From: Savitreella phatthalungensis
Taxonomy: Eukaryota
NCBI GenBank assembly: GCA_051599415.1
Contig: AP039690.1
Coordinates: 372,001 to 436,000 of the forward strand
Direction: 5' to 3'
DNA: 64,000 bases
Shown: positions 11,395 to 22,357 of the stretch, piece by piece
Position numbering within the stretch: position 1 is the stretch's first letter
Layout: every line of letters starts with the position of its first letter
Translations under genes and position numbers: made by a program
Notes under the pieces: model-generated
The model's database searches: none
What the model was told of the DNA's origin: nothing
Seen by the model: the letters and a program-made list of their open reading frames with translations, nothing else

Positions 11395-12368
11395 CTTGAG
11401 TCAAGGGAAGCACCTCAGTAGCGAGAAACTCTGTTTTTCAGATGATGATTTTGCCTGGTCAATGCCTTCGCGAATCCCGTGCTTGCAATTATCGGCTGGT
11501 TCGTGAGTGCTCTCGTGCGCTGACTCAGAAACGAGATCTTTCGAGAGGATGACTTAGGGTCTTGGACGAACCAGGCGATCCAAATGTACAGTCTCTGCTA
11601 GAAGGAAAGTTGGTGAGGAAGTAGATGATGATCTCGATGTCTTGAGTGCTGGGTTGTTGCTCAAGGTTGTCGAATCCGCGTTGCGAATGACGTTGTTGAT
11701 AGCTAGGTTGGGAACACGAGGAGGAAAGCCGTGAATGCATGACAAACTGATCAACATAAAACTATAATGCTGGCTGGCCTTCCAAAGCTTTGTCAAATCA
11801 ATCAAGGATGCAACCAACAGGCGCCTCGACTGCAGCACTCTATACTTTAGTTCAAAGTAAAAGCACACGAAATTAATTGGCATATGTGATCGAATGGATG
11901 AGCTGAATGCTTGCATGACTTTAAAAGACCAGTAGAAAGTAGAGCTTCGAATTTAATGTGAATTGTTTGAGATCATTGCGTTATTGATCATTTGATATTG
12001 CCGTACGTTGCTGAAGCTGACAGTCAATTCAAGGTACAGGAGCCAGCTAGAAGATTATCAAGTTTAGATCAGTCAGAGTGCATGTAAGCAGCGGTTTCAT
12101 CATCATCGCTGTCTTCCAGGGACTCATGGACCTGAATTGATGCATACCAAGCATGCAACGCGCTAGAAGCACTTTTGAATACACAAGAGCTAGCTATAGG
12201 CTGCACATTCTCAATGACCGCTGTCCTATGCGAAAAGCACGCAGGATGAGGATCGAAGGGGGAGCATGAGGCTCAGGAGCTTGCCAGTTCGCGGAGTTTA
12301 CATTGCTAGTTCTTGACCAATCCGTCCGAGAACCTGCATTGCAGTCGGCGTGACAGGGTCAAATCATC

Positions 12369-12899
12369 ATGTCACTTCAATCGCAGTCATCGTCGTCACA
12401 ACACCACCGCGAGCAACCGCGCACAACTGAAAAGCAGCGTTCGCACGAATCGGCGTTCGATACACCGCTCGAGGAGTTGACACCCCAACAGCAGCTCGAT
12501 CTAGCGAGACGAAAGCAGAGGGCAGAGACTATGTTGCTCGATTGGACAGAACGTCTCATGTCGCCAGTCGCAGAGGAAATGCTCATTCAAGCTTCGAGCT
12601 ACTTCCGACCAATCGATTATACAGAGCTCCTTTTAGAGCGCAATCTTGCAGGCAGATGTGCTTACCCTCCATGCACGCTAGATTGCCCAGCCCAAGCAGG
12701 TAAAGGCTCAATCTTCAGGCTCAGCTCAGGTAAAATCGTAGATCGAGACCGGGAAGTCCGATTTTGTGATAAGAAGCATCAGACTGCGAGCAACGTCTAT
12801 GCAGCACAACTTTCGACGGAACCATTGTGGTATCGTGCAGAGCTTGATCAAGATCCACTGAATACAACTTATGCAAGGAATATCACGCTTCTCGAGTAA
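12369..12899 (+). CDS. RTR1: RNA polymerase II CTD phosphatase Rtr1/RPAP2 domain protein
   Basis: DYTELLLERNLAGRCAYPPC ... FCDKKH (Zn ligands) ... QLSTEPLWYR. Confidence 0.88.
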   Translation: MSLQSQSSSSQHHREQPRTTEKQRSHESAFDTPLEELTPQQQLDLARRKQRAETMLLDWTERLMSPVAEEMLIQASSYFRPIDYTELLLERNLAGRCAYPPCTLDCPAQAGKGSIFRLSSGKIVDRDREVRFCDKKHQTASNVYAAQLSTEPLWYRAELDQDPLNTTYARNITLLE

Positions 12900-13561
12900 G
12901 CAGCAAGCAGCATGATGGATTGACGTAGAGAACGGGTATACACATATGGCCGACGGATGAAATCTTGTTAAATCGAATTTCGTAGAGCTATATATAGTTG
13001 ATAAGCTATGAAGAGCAGGAATGACTTCAAGTGAAAGCCAGCATGAGCACCAGAACGCGTCCTGGACCTTTAACGTGCCAGTGTTGGAGTGCGGCAATCT
13101 TGGCTGAGCCAACCACTTGTTTGCATACTATATTCAGTAGGTCATCACACGAGAGACACAGTGAATTTATTAATTGTGACTTGTGAGAGATTATTCCACG
13201 ACCTAAAACAGATTATGAAATAAATTCAATATACTGAAGGTGTAAACCGGTTGAGATGTAGAAGACCGCTGTTCAGATGCATCTAACTGATCTTATTGGC
13301 TGAGGGATTTGGAAACACGGCTTTCATCAACCAATCATACCGACAAGCTTGAAGCGACGGACGTTATCTATCCTAACGGTTTCGAGCAATCATATAGGAT
13401 ACTCATGGCCAGTGACTTATCTACAGTCCATTTCCCACCTCGTCAACGACTACTCCACTGGATATCATCTGCTGGTCGGAAAGTCTTTCAAAGCCGTACT
13501 TGGCCACTTAGTGGAGCCCTTGACTTGTGTACATCAGGGGTCCTCCAAAGTACTGCTCATC

Positions 13562-14980
13562 ATGTCGCTTCTTGGTACACTGATCGGAGTGGTGTCCATT
13601 CAGAGGCACGGGTCACGTACTAAATTTTACCAGGACCCGTCTAGCTACACTGCCAGCTCAACTGAAATCACTCCCTTCGGGGAGCAGCAGGCATATCAGC
13701 TTGGCGAGTATTACCGCGGCCGCTACGTCCAAGATGGAGCTTCCAATCAGATTCAGGGCATATCCTCAGACAAGCTCGACATGACAGAGCTCACGGTCCA
13801 GGCAGATGCTGCAGCTGAGGCGAATGTCATTGTGTTATCTGTCTACAATTGGCTTCAGGGCGTCTATCCACCATCGTCTTCTGACAACGTCACTCTGGCA
13901 AACGGTACAACCGTTGTGACGCCGGGCGGGCTTCAGTATGCGCCAATTGCCACAATAGAAGGCTCAGAATCGCCCTTGCTCGAACCTTGGCTCAACTGCC
14001 CAAATTACGATGCCGCTCTCAAGCAGCTTTACAATTCGACCTCCTTCGCAGTCAAGGCAAACGCTTCCTCATCACTGATCAAGAACATCACCAAGGTCAC
14101 AGGACACGCAGCCGCAGGCTTAAAAGACATGTACAATGTTTATGACTACTTCAACGTCAATTGGGAGTACAATGCGACCTTCCGTGCATCCACAACATCT
14201 ACGACTCTAGCACAGGCTCGCGATCTTGCCAACTGGCTCACTTTTCAGACATTTGCTGGGCCCAGCAACACATCCTTCCCGAACATCGCTGGCCGAGGTG
14301 TCCTTGGTAATATCATCACCTCAATGAGACAAGTCGCAAACACGTCGACAAACCAGAAGATCCAACACTTCGGTTTATCATACAAGCCTTTCACTTCGTT
14401 ATTCTCCATACTCGGCGCATCTTCAAGCTATCCAGAGCTGCAAGGCATTGTGAATTATGCTTCGCTCCTGGCCTTCGAGGTGCGACAGTCGTCCGGCAAG
14501 ACTTACATCAATATGGTCTTTCGCAACGGTACCGATCCCGGAGTTGAAGCAATCGCATATCCGATCTTGGGACGCGATCAGGTCGCGCTTGATGACTTTG
14601 TGACTGCTCTCAACTCGACCGCCCTCTACTCGACGATTGATTGGTGTCGAACCTGTGGACAGTCAGGCTCCATCGAACAATGCGGCGCGCTGCTGCTTGC
14701 GGCGAATGCATCGACAACAAGTACAAGTATGGCTTCAAACGCGAGCGGAGCGTCTGCTGGTAGCAAAAGCAACATCTCACCTATTGGAGCCGGCTTCATC
14801 GGCGCAGCTGTCGCGCTCGTTGTGACAGCGGTGTTCCTTTCCTGCATGCCCATGGCGCTCGGTCTGCGCGTCGTACGCCGTCGAAAGGCTGATGGTCATC
14901 CTGGCACACCCCTAGACACTTTCGACCAGGTTGACCACCAAAATATTGTCGTTGGATCGACCAAGGACAGCCGGATGTAA
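13562..14980 (+). CDS. Histidine (acid) phosphatase-superfamily membrane glycoprotein
   Basis: RHGSRT catalytic motif, ITPFGEQQAYQLG, many N-x-S/T sequons, Ser-rich stalk, C-terminal TM (IGAGFIGAAVALVVTAVFL) then basic residues. Start set at first in-frame ATG and uncertain. Confidence 0.85.
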   Translation: MSLLGTLIGVVSIQRHGSRTKFYQDPSSYTASSTEITPFGEQQAYQLGEYYRGRYVQDGASNQIQGISSDKLDMTELTVQADAAAEANVIVLSVYNWLQGVYPPSSSDNVTLANGTTVVTPGGLQYAPIATIEGSESPLLEPWLNCPNYDAALKQLYNSTSFAVKANASSSLIKNITKVTGHAAAGLKDMYNVYDYFNVNWEYNATFRASTTSTTLAQARDLANWLTFQTFAGPSNTSFPNIAGRGVLGNIITSMRQVANTSTNQKIQHFGLSYKPFTSLFSILGASSSYPELQGIVNYASLLAFEVRQSSGKTYINMVFRNGTDPGVEAIAYPILGRDQVALDDFVTALNSTALYSTIDWCRTCGQSGSIEQCGALLLAANASTTSTSMASNASGASAGSKSNISPIGAGFIGAAVALVVTAVFLSCMPMALGLRVVRRRKADGHPGTPLDTFDQVDHQNIVVGSTKDSRM

Positions 14981-15021
14981 ATTAGGATCAGCACAAAGTC
15001 ATGATCAATTCCCTCCCGAGC

Positions 15022-16263
15022 TCATATCAGCTCTAGCGCGTATACATTGAAACCGTGTGGCAAACAGCCCTGCCCATTTAGACGAGCGGTATTCATAGCC
15101 TGGCAGACTTCGTCGCCTGGAACTGACTGAGGATAGTGATCGTCGAACACCCAAAGGTGGGGTATCCTTCGGCGTGGGAATGTGTCCTGCCTCTTTCTTC
15201 CTGACTCCCCTGCCGGGACTTCCGTCACGAATGACTTATGTCCACATAGATCGGCTAACCAGCCAGCATGCAGAACTTCTTCCCTACATTGCTGTCCAAT
15301 AACAGCGAGCGCACGATGTCCTCGATCACATATGTGATTCATGATTGCAAAGAGCGTGTCGTTGAACGCACGAGCAAGAACAGTGTTATAAACACAGTCA
15401 AGCGCTAGTACAATAACGGTCGCTGTATTATTGTCGCCACCGATGCAGTCCTTAGACATCAGACGATCAAGTGCCGGTAAATATACTGCTGGCGGATCAT
15501 GCCAATCAAGCTGCATGTACTCAATGCTCTGGATGTCATCCCCAACGTCGGATGGTGCTGAATCACTACTGCTGGTGCGACAACCGCGTCCAACATTGCG
15601 CCGTGAAAGCTTGAGCAGACGATCGTCATGATCGGTCAAAATGAAGCGTATCTTGGCATTCGGAAAGGCCGTCCGCAACAGACGCGGAGTCAATCCAGCG
15701 ACACCACAGCCAAGCTCGATGATAGTGGTCGGACGTGAGCTAGAGTCCGCGCTCCCGGGTTCCCCGCATACCATCTGCGCAAACCATGATTCCCCTGCCA
15801 GGAAGGACAAAGTGACAGGCGTGGTCCGCCAGACTACCGCACCAGTCACACCGCGAGTGCCCCTAGACCTAGTCCCTCTCGCAGCACGCAGACTTGCAGA
15901 ATCGACTGTTGCTGCCTGGCCCGCGCGGAGGTAAGACGGATCTTGCGCGCACTCCAATGTATGCCATGCTTCACGGATGCGGATCTGTAGACTTACACTC
16001 GGTGACGTGTTTGACAGGAATCCGAGGCCGAGATTTAGTTCTTGTTCTCCATCATCGGCAACTCCGGACCCGGTACATCTGAGTGTCTCGGCGAGCAGTT
16101 GGTTGATCTGGGATCTTCGGGAAGAGTCTCCTGCTAATGCATATGCGACAGCAACCTCTCCAGCAACCTCATCTACATCTTCGGTAATCGCCGTCAGCTC
16201 CAACCAACGCGACTCATTACGGTCCGCTTTCAGATCTGACAACACCTTCTCGAGTCCACTCAT
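15022..16263 (-). CDS. RKM5: SAM-dependent protein-lysine methyltransferase, Rkm5-like
   Basis: LGLGFL, GVTGAVVWRTTP, motif I IIELGCGVAGL, ILTDH, LDW, LALDCVYN. Start set at first in-frame ATG. Confidence 0.75.
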   Translation of the reverse strand: MSGLEKVLSDLKADRNESRWLELTAITEDVDEVAGEVAVAYALAGDSSRRSQINQLLAETLRCTGSGVADDGEQELNLGLGFLSNTSPSVSLQIRIREAWHTLECAQDPSYLRAGQAATVDSASLRAARGTRSRGTRGVTGAVVWRTTPVTLSFLAGESWFAQMVCGEPGSADSSSRPTTIIELGCGVAGLTPRLLRTAFPNAKIRFILTDHDDRLLKLSRRNVGRGCRTSSSDSAPSDVGDDIQSIEYMQLDWHDPPAVYLPALDRLMSKDCIGGDNNTATVIVLALDCVYNTVLARAFNDTLFAIMNHICDRGHRALAVIGQQCREEVLHAGWLADLCGHKSFVTEVPAGESGRKRQDTFPRRRIPHLWVFDDHYPQSVPGDEVCQAMNTARLNGQGCLPHGFNVYALELI

Positions 16264-16471
16264 CAACTGACTGCCTGCGTCGAGTCGTGCATTCAGACCT
16301 TCCACATCGATATCACATGTCTGAAAGCAGAAGGAGGAAATCGAAATACGTCGATCGTGAAACCAAAATGGATGCTGAACGGATACAGTATGGGGTCACG
16401 GATATTTGGTGGCCACTTTCACGTCTATCCTGCCATCTATGTCAGCGGAATTCGGCCCTGCAATTATCGCA

Positions 16472-17695
16472 TCAGTCAAGTGGGTCCTGCACCACACTAG
16501 CCTTGCCTATTGGTGCTGCACATGTGTCTATGAAGTCTTGCGTGGTAAGAGGCCGGGTCTTCAGGTTGCCCTGTTCTCGGACCCTTCGGAGGCGGTCAAC
16601 ATCGAGAGTGGGCCGGCTGCTGGAAGATGATGTCAAGCCAATGCCACTATCTGCCATCGTCTTGCTGCTCGATCCAGTATCAGAACCGTGCTGGCGAATG
16701 AACTCCCGAACGGGCCGCATGGCGGCAGTCCTGCATGTCTCCTTGATACCAGATCCGCTCTGTCCCGCGGTAAGAGAAACGACACGATCCCAATCAAAGT
16801 CAAGAGCTTTCGACTCGTCGCGCAAGGTCAGTTGCAGAATTTTGAGTCGCTGCTTCGGATCTGGCAGCTGGACATGGAACCGCTTTGGCATCCGTCGGAG
16901 AATGGCGGCATCGATGTCTGCAGGTCGATTCGTTGCGCCAAGTACGACGATGCGACTCGGCGTACCGTCCGAGTCTTCACTCGCTAGACCGTCCCACAAC
17001 GACATGAATTCCGCCTTGATCATCGCCATCGCCTCGTGGTCAGATCGCGCGCGCTCGCGGAGGAATGCATCGATCTCGTCGATGAAGATGATGCTCGGCT
17101 GGAGCTTCTTTGCAAGAGAGAAAAGAGCGGCGACGAGTTTGTTGCTCTCACCGAACCACTTGTCGGTCAATGTTGAGATGTGCATATTAATGAAAGTGGC
17201 CCCACTGCTTGATGCAAGAGCCTTCGCAAGCATCGTTTTGCCACAGCCTGGCGGGCCGAAGAGTAATACTCCTTTCGGAGCCGTTAATAGTCCGGATGAT
17301 GATTTGAAGAGTTCTGGATAAGTAAGCGGGAGAATGACGGACTCCTTCAAGTCATCGATGATATCGTCTAGTCCACCTATGTCGTCGAAGTTGACGTTGA
17401 CCTCGCTGGAGAGAACGACCTCTGAAGCAACGCTCTGCTCGTATTCGTTCAACTCGCGCAGAATAGTCTCTGCATGTGGATTGCTGCCTTGCAGCCGCTT
17501 GATGGCCTGTTTCCGCTTTGCAGCGTCACCTCTGCGCAGCGCAGCCTGGGGATCCATCATTGTCAACAGATAGACCAGAGCAGCATATGTTGTGGAAGCG
17601 GCAAGAATGATGCGGAGAATGTCTGAGCGAGAGATCTCACTCTGCTCGAGGAACTTTGCGATCCTCGCAGATGCTCGCGAGAGAAGACTCGTCAT
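16472..17695 (-). CDS. MSP1: Outer-membrane AAA+ dislocase Msp1/ATAD1
   Basis: N-terminal TM, FDDIGGL, Walker A GPPGCGKT, Walker B IIFIDEID, KAEFMSLWDGL, GATNRP, AILRRMPKRF. Confidence 0.95.
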   Translation of the reverse strand: MTSLLSRASARIAKFLEQSEISRSDILRIILAASTTYAALVYLLTMMDPQAALRRGDAAKRKQAIKRLQGSNPHAETILRELNEYEQSVASEVVLSSEVNVNFDDIGGLDDIIDDLKESVILPLTYPELFKSSSGLLTAPKGVLLFGPPGCGKTMLAKALASSSGATFINMHISTLTDKWFGESNKLVAALFSLAKKLQPSIIFIDEIDAFLRERARSDHEAMAMIKAEFMSLWDGLASEDSDGTPSRIVVLGATNRPADIDAAILRRMPKRFHVQLPDPKQRLKILQLTLRDESKALDFDWDRVVSLTAGQSGSGIKETCRTAAMRPVREFIRQHGSDTGSSSKTMADSGIGLTSSSSSRPTLDVDRLRRVREQGNLKTRPLTTQDFIDTCAAPIGKASVVQDPLD

Positions 17696-18142
17696 GACCA
17701 AGTTTGCGGTTCCCAGCTAAGTAGTCTACGCGCGTCGATCTCAAGCTCAGCAGCAGCTCGGCGAGGTGATCACTAGGACAGAGAGTGACAGATGGCCGGA
17801 GACAGAGATACAATATATGCCAGTGCGTGTGCTGTTTGTAATTTTTATTGCTTGTGACAATGCGGAGACAAAGTGCACTTCATGCAGTCCAGTCAATCAG
17901 TATGGCTATCAATTTTGCACATTATAATGACTGGGATTATTTGGCTGTAAGAGTGAATGCTGCATGGACTAGAGGCAATCAATCAATCACATGTGTATGC
18001 ATCCAGCTCTCATCAAGTCGTCTGATGCACGATGCATGTTGCTCATAGCCAAACTCGCCAGTCCACTCACACACGCAACGGGCGCCTGTTGCCAAGAAGT
18101 CGATGACGCACATGTTGTAGGGATCATCGGTGACTGCCAAGT

Positions 18143-18436
18143 ATGCCGCCACCAGCAGCTTCGACTGCTGTAGCTTCCTCGACGGCCCTTCGCTACAGAG
18201 TCAAGCAGCTTTACAAGCAGCTCCTCTTCCTCGGCAGAGACTGGCCACAGGGATACGAGACATATTTCCGTCCTCGTCTCCACAAGGCCTTCACTGGACA
18301 GCGCCAACTGGAGACGGAAGATGAAATTCGCAAGGCAATATCACGTGCGGAATACATGGTCAAGGAACTAGAGGCATTTTATTTCCTCAAGAAGTATCGT
18401 CACGTCAAGCGCGCCTATCGTGAAGACTTGCTGTGA
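18143..18436 (+). CDS. LYR-motif protein, LYRM5/ETFRF1-like
   Basis: LRYRVKQLYKQLLFLGRDWP...YFRPRLHKAF...EYMVKELEAFYFLKKYRHVKRAY. Confidence 0.85.
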   Translation: MPPPAASTAVASSTALRYRVKQLYKQLLFLGRDWPQGYETYFRPRLHKAFTGQRQLETEDEIRKAISRAEYMVKELEAFYFLKKYRHVKRAYREDLL

Positions 18437-18543
18437 TTCAAGCGCTGCAAGCTGCAGTCTAAGCGTCTTTCAATGTTCAGCGCACGCCGCTCATCAAGTC
18501 ATTCGACTGTGGTAGACCGATTCCTGCTAGGAGATTATCCACG

Positions 18544-20312
18544 TCAAGTCTTCGTTTTCCCGGCCTGGAGGATCAAGAGCGCCTCACTCGCCTCGAGACG
18601 CTGTACTCCTTCCTTTGAAGAACGATTCGACTTTTCAGCCGCGACCATAGCAGGGAGCAGTACTGTGGATGCTCTTGCCGGCGTCGGCGTCATCGGCGGA
18701 CCAACAAGATGAACGAGTGGATCTAGCCCAGACCGATCGTGCGGCAGCTGCTGGCCTTGATTTGGCGCCTTGTAATCGATGCTCAATTCTGAGTCCTCGT
18801 CGGTCGGCGTCTCAGGGCACGGAGCGAGACGGTGCAACGAATATCTGCTGCTGCTGTGACTCGTCTTGTAGCGCAGTGTCTCGAGGCTGACAGCTGCGTC
18901 GAAAGTTGCATCTTGCTCGCTCGTTCCGTCGGTACTTGCGCAGCTGCGAAAAAGTGAAGTCGGAGACGGTGGCATGCTACTGTATGGCGTGCTAATGAGT
19001 GATGAAGGGCTACTGTCTGGCATCGTCGGAAGATATGGCATCGACCTGGTCAGCCGTGGATCTGACATTTGTCTACCTGACGGAAAGGACACAGACCGCT
19101 GCAAACGCGTGCGTGCTCCACCCGAGGACGTCCCGATCATGGAGGGCGGAAAGGGCCCCTGGAACAAGGTCTGAGCTGGCTGGAAGGGCTGTAATTGCAT
19201 ACCCTCGGCCCGCGCATTGAGCCGCCTTGAAGAATCACCTGATAGCAAATTCGTGTCAATGCGTACCTTGGGTTTTCCGCGCGTCTGAGTTGAGGTCGAT
19301 AAGAGACTGGATGGCGGCACGGTCGATGCGATACCATCGCCAAGCCATTCTGTCACGCGCTCGATCGCAGTGTCCGCCTCAGCCTTGATGACGCAGCTCT
19401 GGCTGCGATTGCTTGGAAAGTTTCCGTCGCTATAGTGCCCCGGCGACCTACCACGCACGATCATACGCTCACTCGAGCACGTTGCGAGGTCAATCACAGT
19501 CTGCTTGCCCTGATCGTCGGTCACGCAGCCGGCAAGCGTGATCTGAAAGCATCATGTCAGTAGCGTCTTCCAGCAGGGTCAAGAATTGCTAGTTGCTTAC
19601 CTTCAGGCGGTAGTACTGCTGGACATCCCTCGCTTTCCCATTGTTAGCAGTGGCCGTACGAAATTGTAACCTTTCCCAGCTAGCATCGAGCTGATCGTTG
19701 TTGATAAGTTTGACGCTTGGCTCCATCTGAGGACCTTTGTCCCGTTTGGCGGTGTGCTGCACAACAGGCGTCTGTGCGGCTGGGCTGTCACATGTCACAG
19801 CACCGACTGTCAGGTGTAGATCTGTCACTTGCCGTCCATCGAGCAAGTACAAATGACCAGCCCCGAGTCCGGCAACACTGCATACCAGCTCGAAGTAATT
19901 GCTAGGGAGAATCAGTAAGAAATCGAGTTGAGATAGATGTAGTCTCATCTTACCGACGATAGCAAGTCCAGTTATCATGGACGCGCACAAAGCCTTTCGT
20001 CATAGCACCGTGCAGATCAAGTTGTAGCCCATGGCCAGAGTCGTCTAGCAATGGAACGAGTTGATAGGCTTTCGAGAAGTGAGGGCTACCATGGTCCGTA
20101 TCAGATCCCGGCAGTTGGGCACAGTTTGCGTTGCTCAGTACAGCGGAACCACTCGTGCTGTATACAGAGCGTACAGTCGATGGAGCTTTCGTACCTGCAG
20201 ACCGCTGGGCGTCTGATTGGTCTACCATTTTGGATGTGTCGTCCGCAGACAAGCTGGAAGTGGAAGCGATGCTTCGACTAAGCCTTTGACTCTGTCGACG
20301 ACTAGGTGGCAT
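18544..20312 (-). CDS. NDT80: NDT80/PhoG-family transcription factor; exons 20312-19954, 19901-19601, 19542-18544
   Basis: Removing introns 19902-19953 and 19543-19600 (GTAAG...ACTGAY...YAG) restores KGF...WTCYRRNYF, VQHTAKRDKGP, WERLQFRTATANNGK...QQYY and MIVRGRSPGHY. Start codon approximate; orthology versus other family members not tested. Confidence 0.88.
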
Positions 20313-21644
20313 CGAAAATGGCGGGTGGCCTGGCAGCAGACAAAAGGACAAGTCGTCTTCAAACGGATTATGCCGAACGATGGGAGTCTTCGTAGCACGC
20401 CTGCCGGCAAAGTGATGCTCGTCTGTCTTGCGTTTGCCTCTGTTATGTTTGCCTGGAGATAATTACGTAGCAATGGCAAAATCAGTGTGCTTCAAGAACG
20501 TAAGCGCTCCAGGCACGCATTTCCGGCTGTGTATCCTGTCTACTTTGCCATCGTGTGGATATGGGCACTGGCTCAGCGTGCTTTCCACTTGGGAAGGACG
20601 CGCGCGCGTTCCAGCATGTGCATTAGGCTGAGAGCGTCATTGCGTTGTCCTGTTGGCACGCATCTCCTGAGCGCGTGTCACCTCGCTTCTGACTTCTGCT
20701 CCAGTCTTCGCGCGCTCTGTTCCAACGTTCATACTCGCAAACTCTCTCGACTCGCGTGGCTGATGGATCGCTAGCACTTCAGCGCTTCGAACGTCTGCAG
20801 GTGAGCTACACGATATGATCCAGACATTGAGAGCAGAAAGTCACCACTGCGTAGCTTGTCTCATGACCGTGCCGCGTTCAGTTGCCTGAAATGCTCTTCT
20901 TACCGACGGTCTCAGCAAGCTCGTGGGATCTCATTGAGTCATTTACCCCGCCACCGAGGTCATCTGTCCATGACCAGGCAAGATCTTAACAAGCATGACG
21001 ATCGGTCAACACCAATACGAAAGATGCTTGCATGCGGGAGGTAATCTACATGCCACTGTACGCGATAATCTGATACATTCCAGACACGACTATCAACATA
21101 CGCCTCAAAGAAGCTCAAGTTCTGTGAGGGGTAAGGGCTTGACAATCGAGCTTGTGCGCAATCAACATGAATTCGTCACCGAAAACCGGCTCTAGCGGAT
21201 GTGCTTAATTGCTCTAGACAACGAAGCGACAGGCAGAGGTGAAGCAATGTCTGGATATGGAGAGATAGAACAGCAGTACCTACTGGGATTGTTTGGACAC
21301 CCTTTTCTGCGTCGGTGCTACTGCAGATAGAATCGCTCATTCGCGAATCCTGCAGAGCAGCTTTTTGCCAGGTGTCGTTGGAGACATTTCTCCTGACCTC
21401 AAACGAACACTATACCTCACTTCTGGCCTACTCATCTCGATGTAGGCTGAGTGTGCATGAAACCTGCACGACGGCTCCTGCATGATCACACGTGGAGCCT
21501 GCGGGCCAAGCAGTCTTGCATCATCACATGTTCCAATCCGGGTCGTCCAAGTCATACTGAGATGTTGAGAGACACCAGCGCGGGCAAGCGACTTGGACCG
21601 TCAGCAAGATTCATTTTATGATTCGACATCAGTCTTCACCATTG

Positions 21645-22103
21645 TCATCGCTCCCCGTCTCCGAAAAAGCCAGGCTCCTGCCTCGACAAGCGGGTCAGAC
21701 CTAGCCTGATTCGAACACTTTCAAACAGCATGCTGAAGTTCTCCCTGAGCCACCAACGATTGAATGCTTTATGTGCGGGCAGACTCTGCTCGAGCTGACG
21801 CTTGTAGAAGTCACTGAGCTCGTCACTAGGTATGGAACCAGGTTCATACTTGTCCTTCAACTCCTGCAGAGCAGACTCGTATGTCGTGTTGTGCCGCGTC
21901 CAATATCTGTGCCACTCTTTCGTTGCCTGCAATCGCCGTGCTTCCAATCTGGACTTGGACAAAGGCTGCCGTGGATCACAGTCGTAGCGAACGATCCGGA
22001 TGTTGCTCACAGGATCCGGCCGGCCGACAGTCGAGAAGGCCCGCCGCGAGGAGCCTTGTGCCAAATGTCCAGCGCAGCCAAGGCATACAGACCGCCTAAG
22101 CAT
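21645..22103 (-). CDS. COA8: COA8/APOPT1-family mitochondrial protein
   Basis: Presequence-like N-terminus, VGRPDPVSNIR, WHRYWTRHN, LSDFYKRQL, HKAFNRWW...NF. Confidence 0.8.
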   Translation of the reverse strand: MLRRSVCLGCAGHLAQGSSRRAFSTVGRPDPVSNIRIVRYDCDPRQPLSKSRLEARRLQATKEWHRYWTRHNTTYESALQELKDKYEPGSIPSDELSDFYKRQLEQSLPAHKAFNRWWLRENFSMLFESVRIRLGLTRLSRQEPGFFGDGER

Positions 22104-22357
22104 TTCAGCACCTGTGGTCTCTTTCAACAACCTGCCCTGTCCACCAAACTTTTATGATGACCCGTTTGATTAATTTGTTTGTCACGGCGTTCTTCGAATG
22201 TGACTCCACACTTGATCCACTGTTGCGGGATAGAATGCAGGCATTTGTAGAGACTTGCGTACAGCGCATCAAGACTTCAGGCGATCGCGTGCGAGCCCTG
22301 AATCTGTGTGCATAGCTCGTCTGCTACCAGGGCCGATGTGAGGAGGGTTTAATAGCC

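Noticed and set aside
11525..11916. Short minus-strand ATG ORFs upstream of GDI1 (possible uORFs or small genes)
   Set aside because: No recognisable product and no evidence that they lie within the GDI1 transcript.
16287..17321. 344-aa + strand ORF and many other long antisense or alternate-frame ORFs in the track
   Set aside because: Shadows of real genes (here MSP1) in GC-rich coding DNA; no motifs.
21124..21140. GAGGGGTAAGG resembling the RNase P RNA CR-I segment
   Set aside because: No matching P4/CR-V partner found; better explained as a splice donor or chance.
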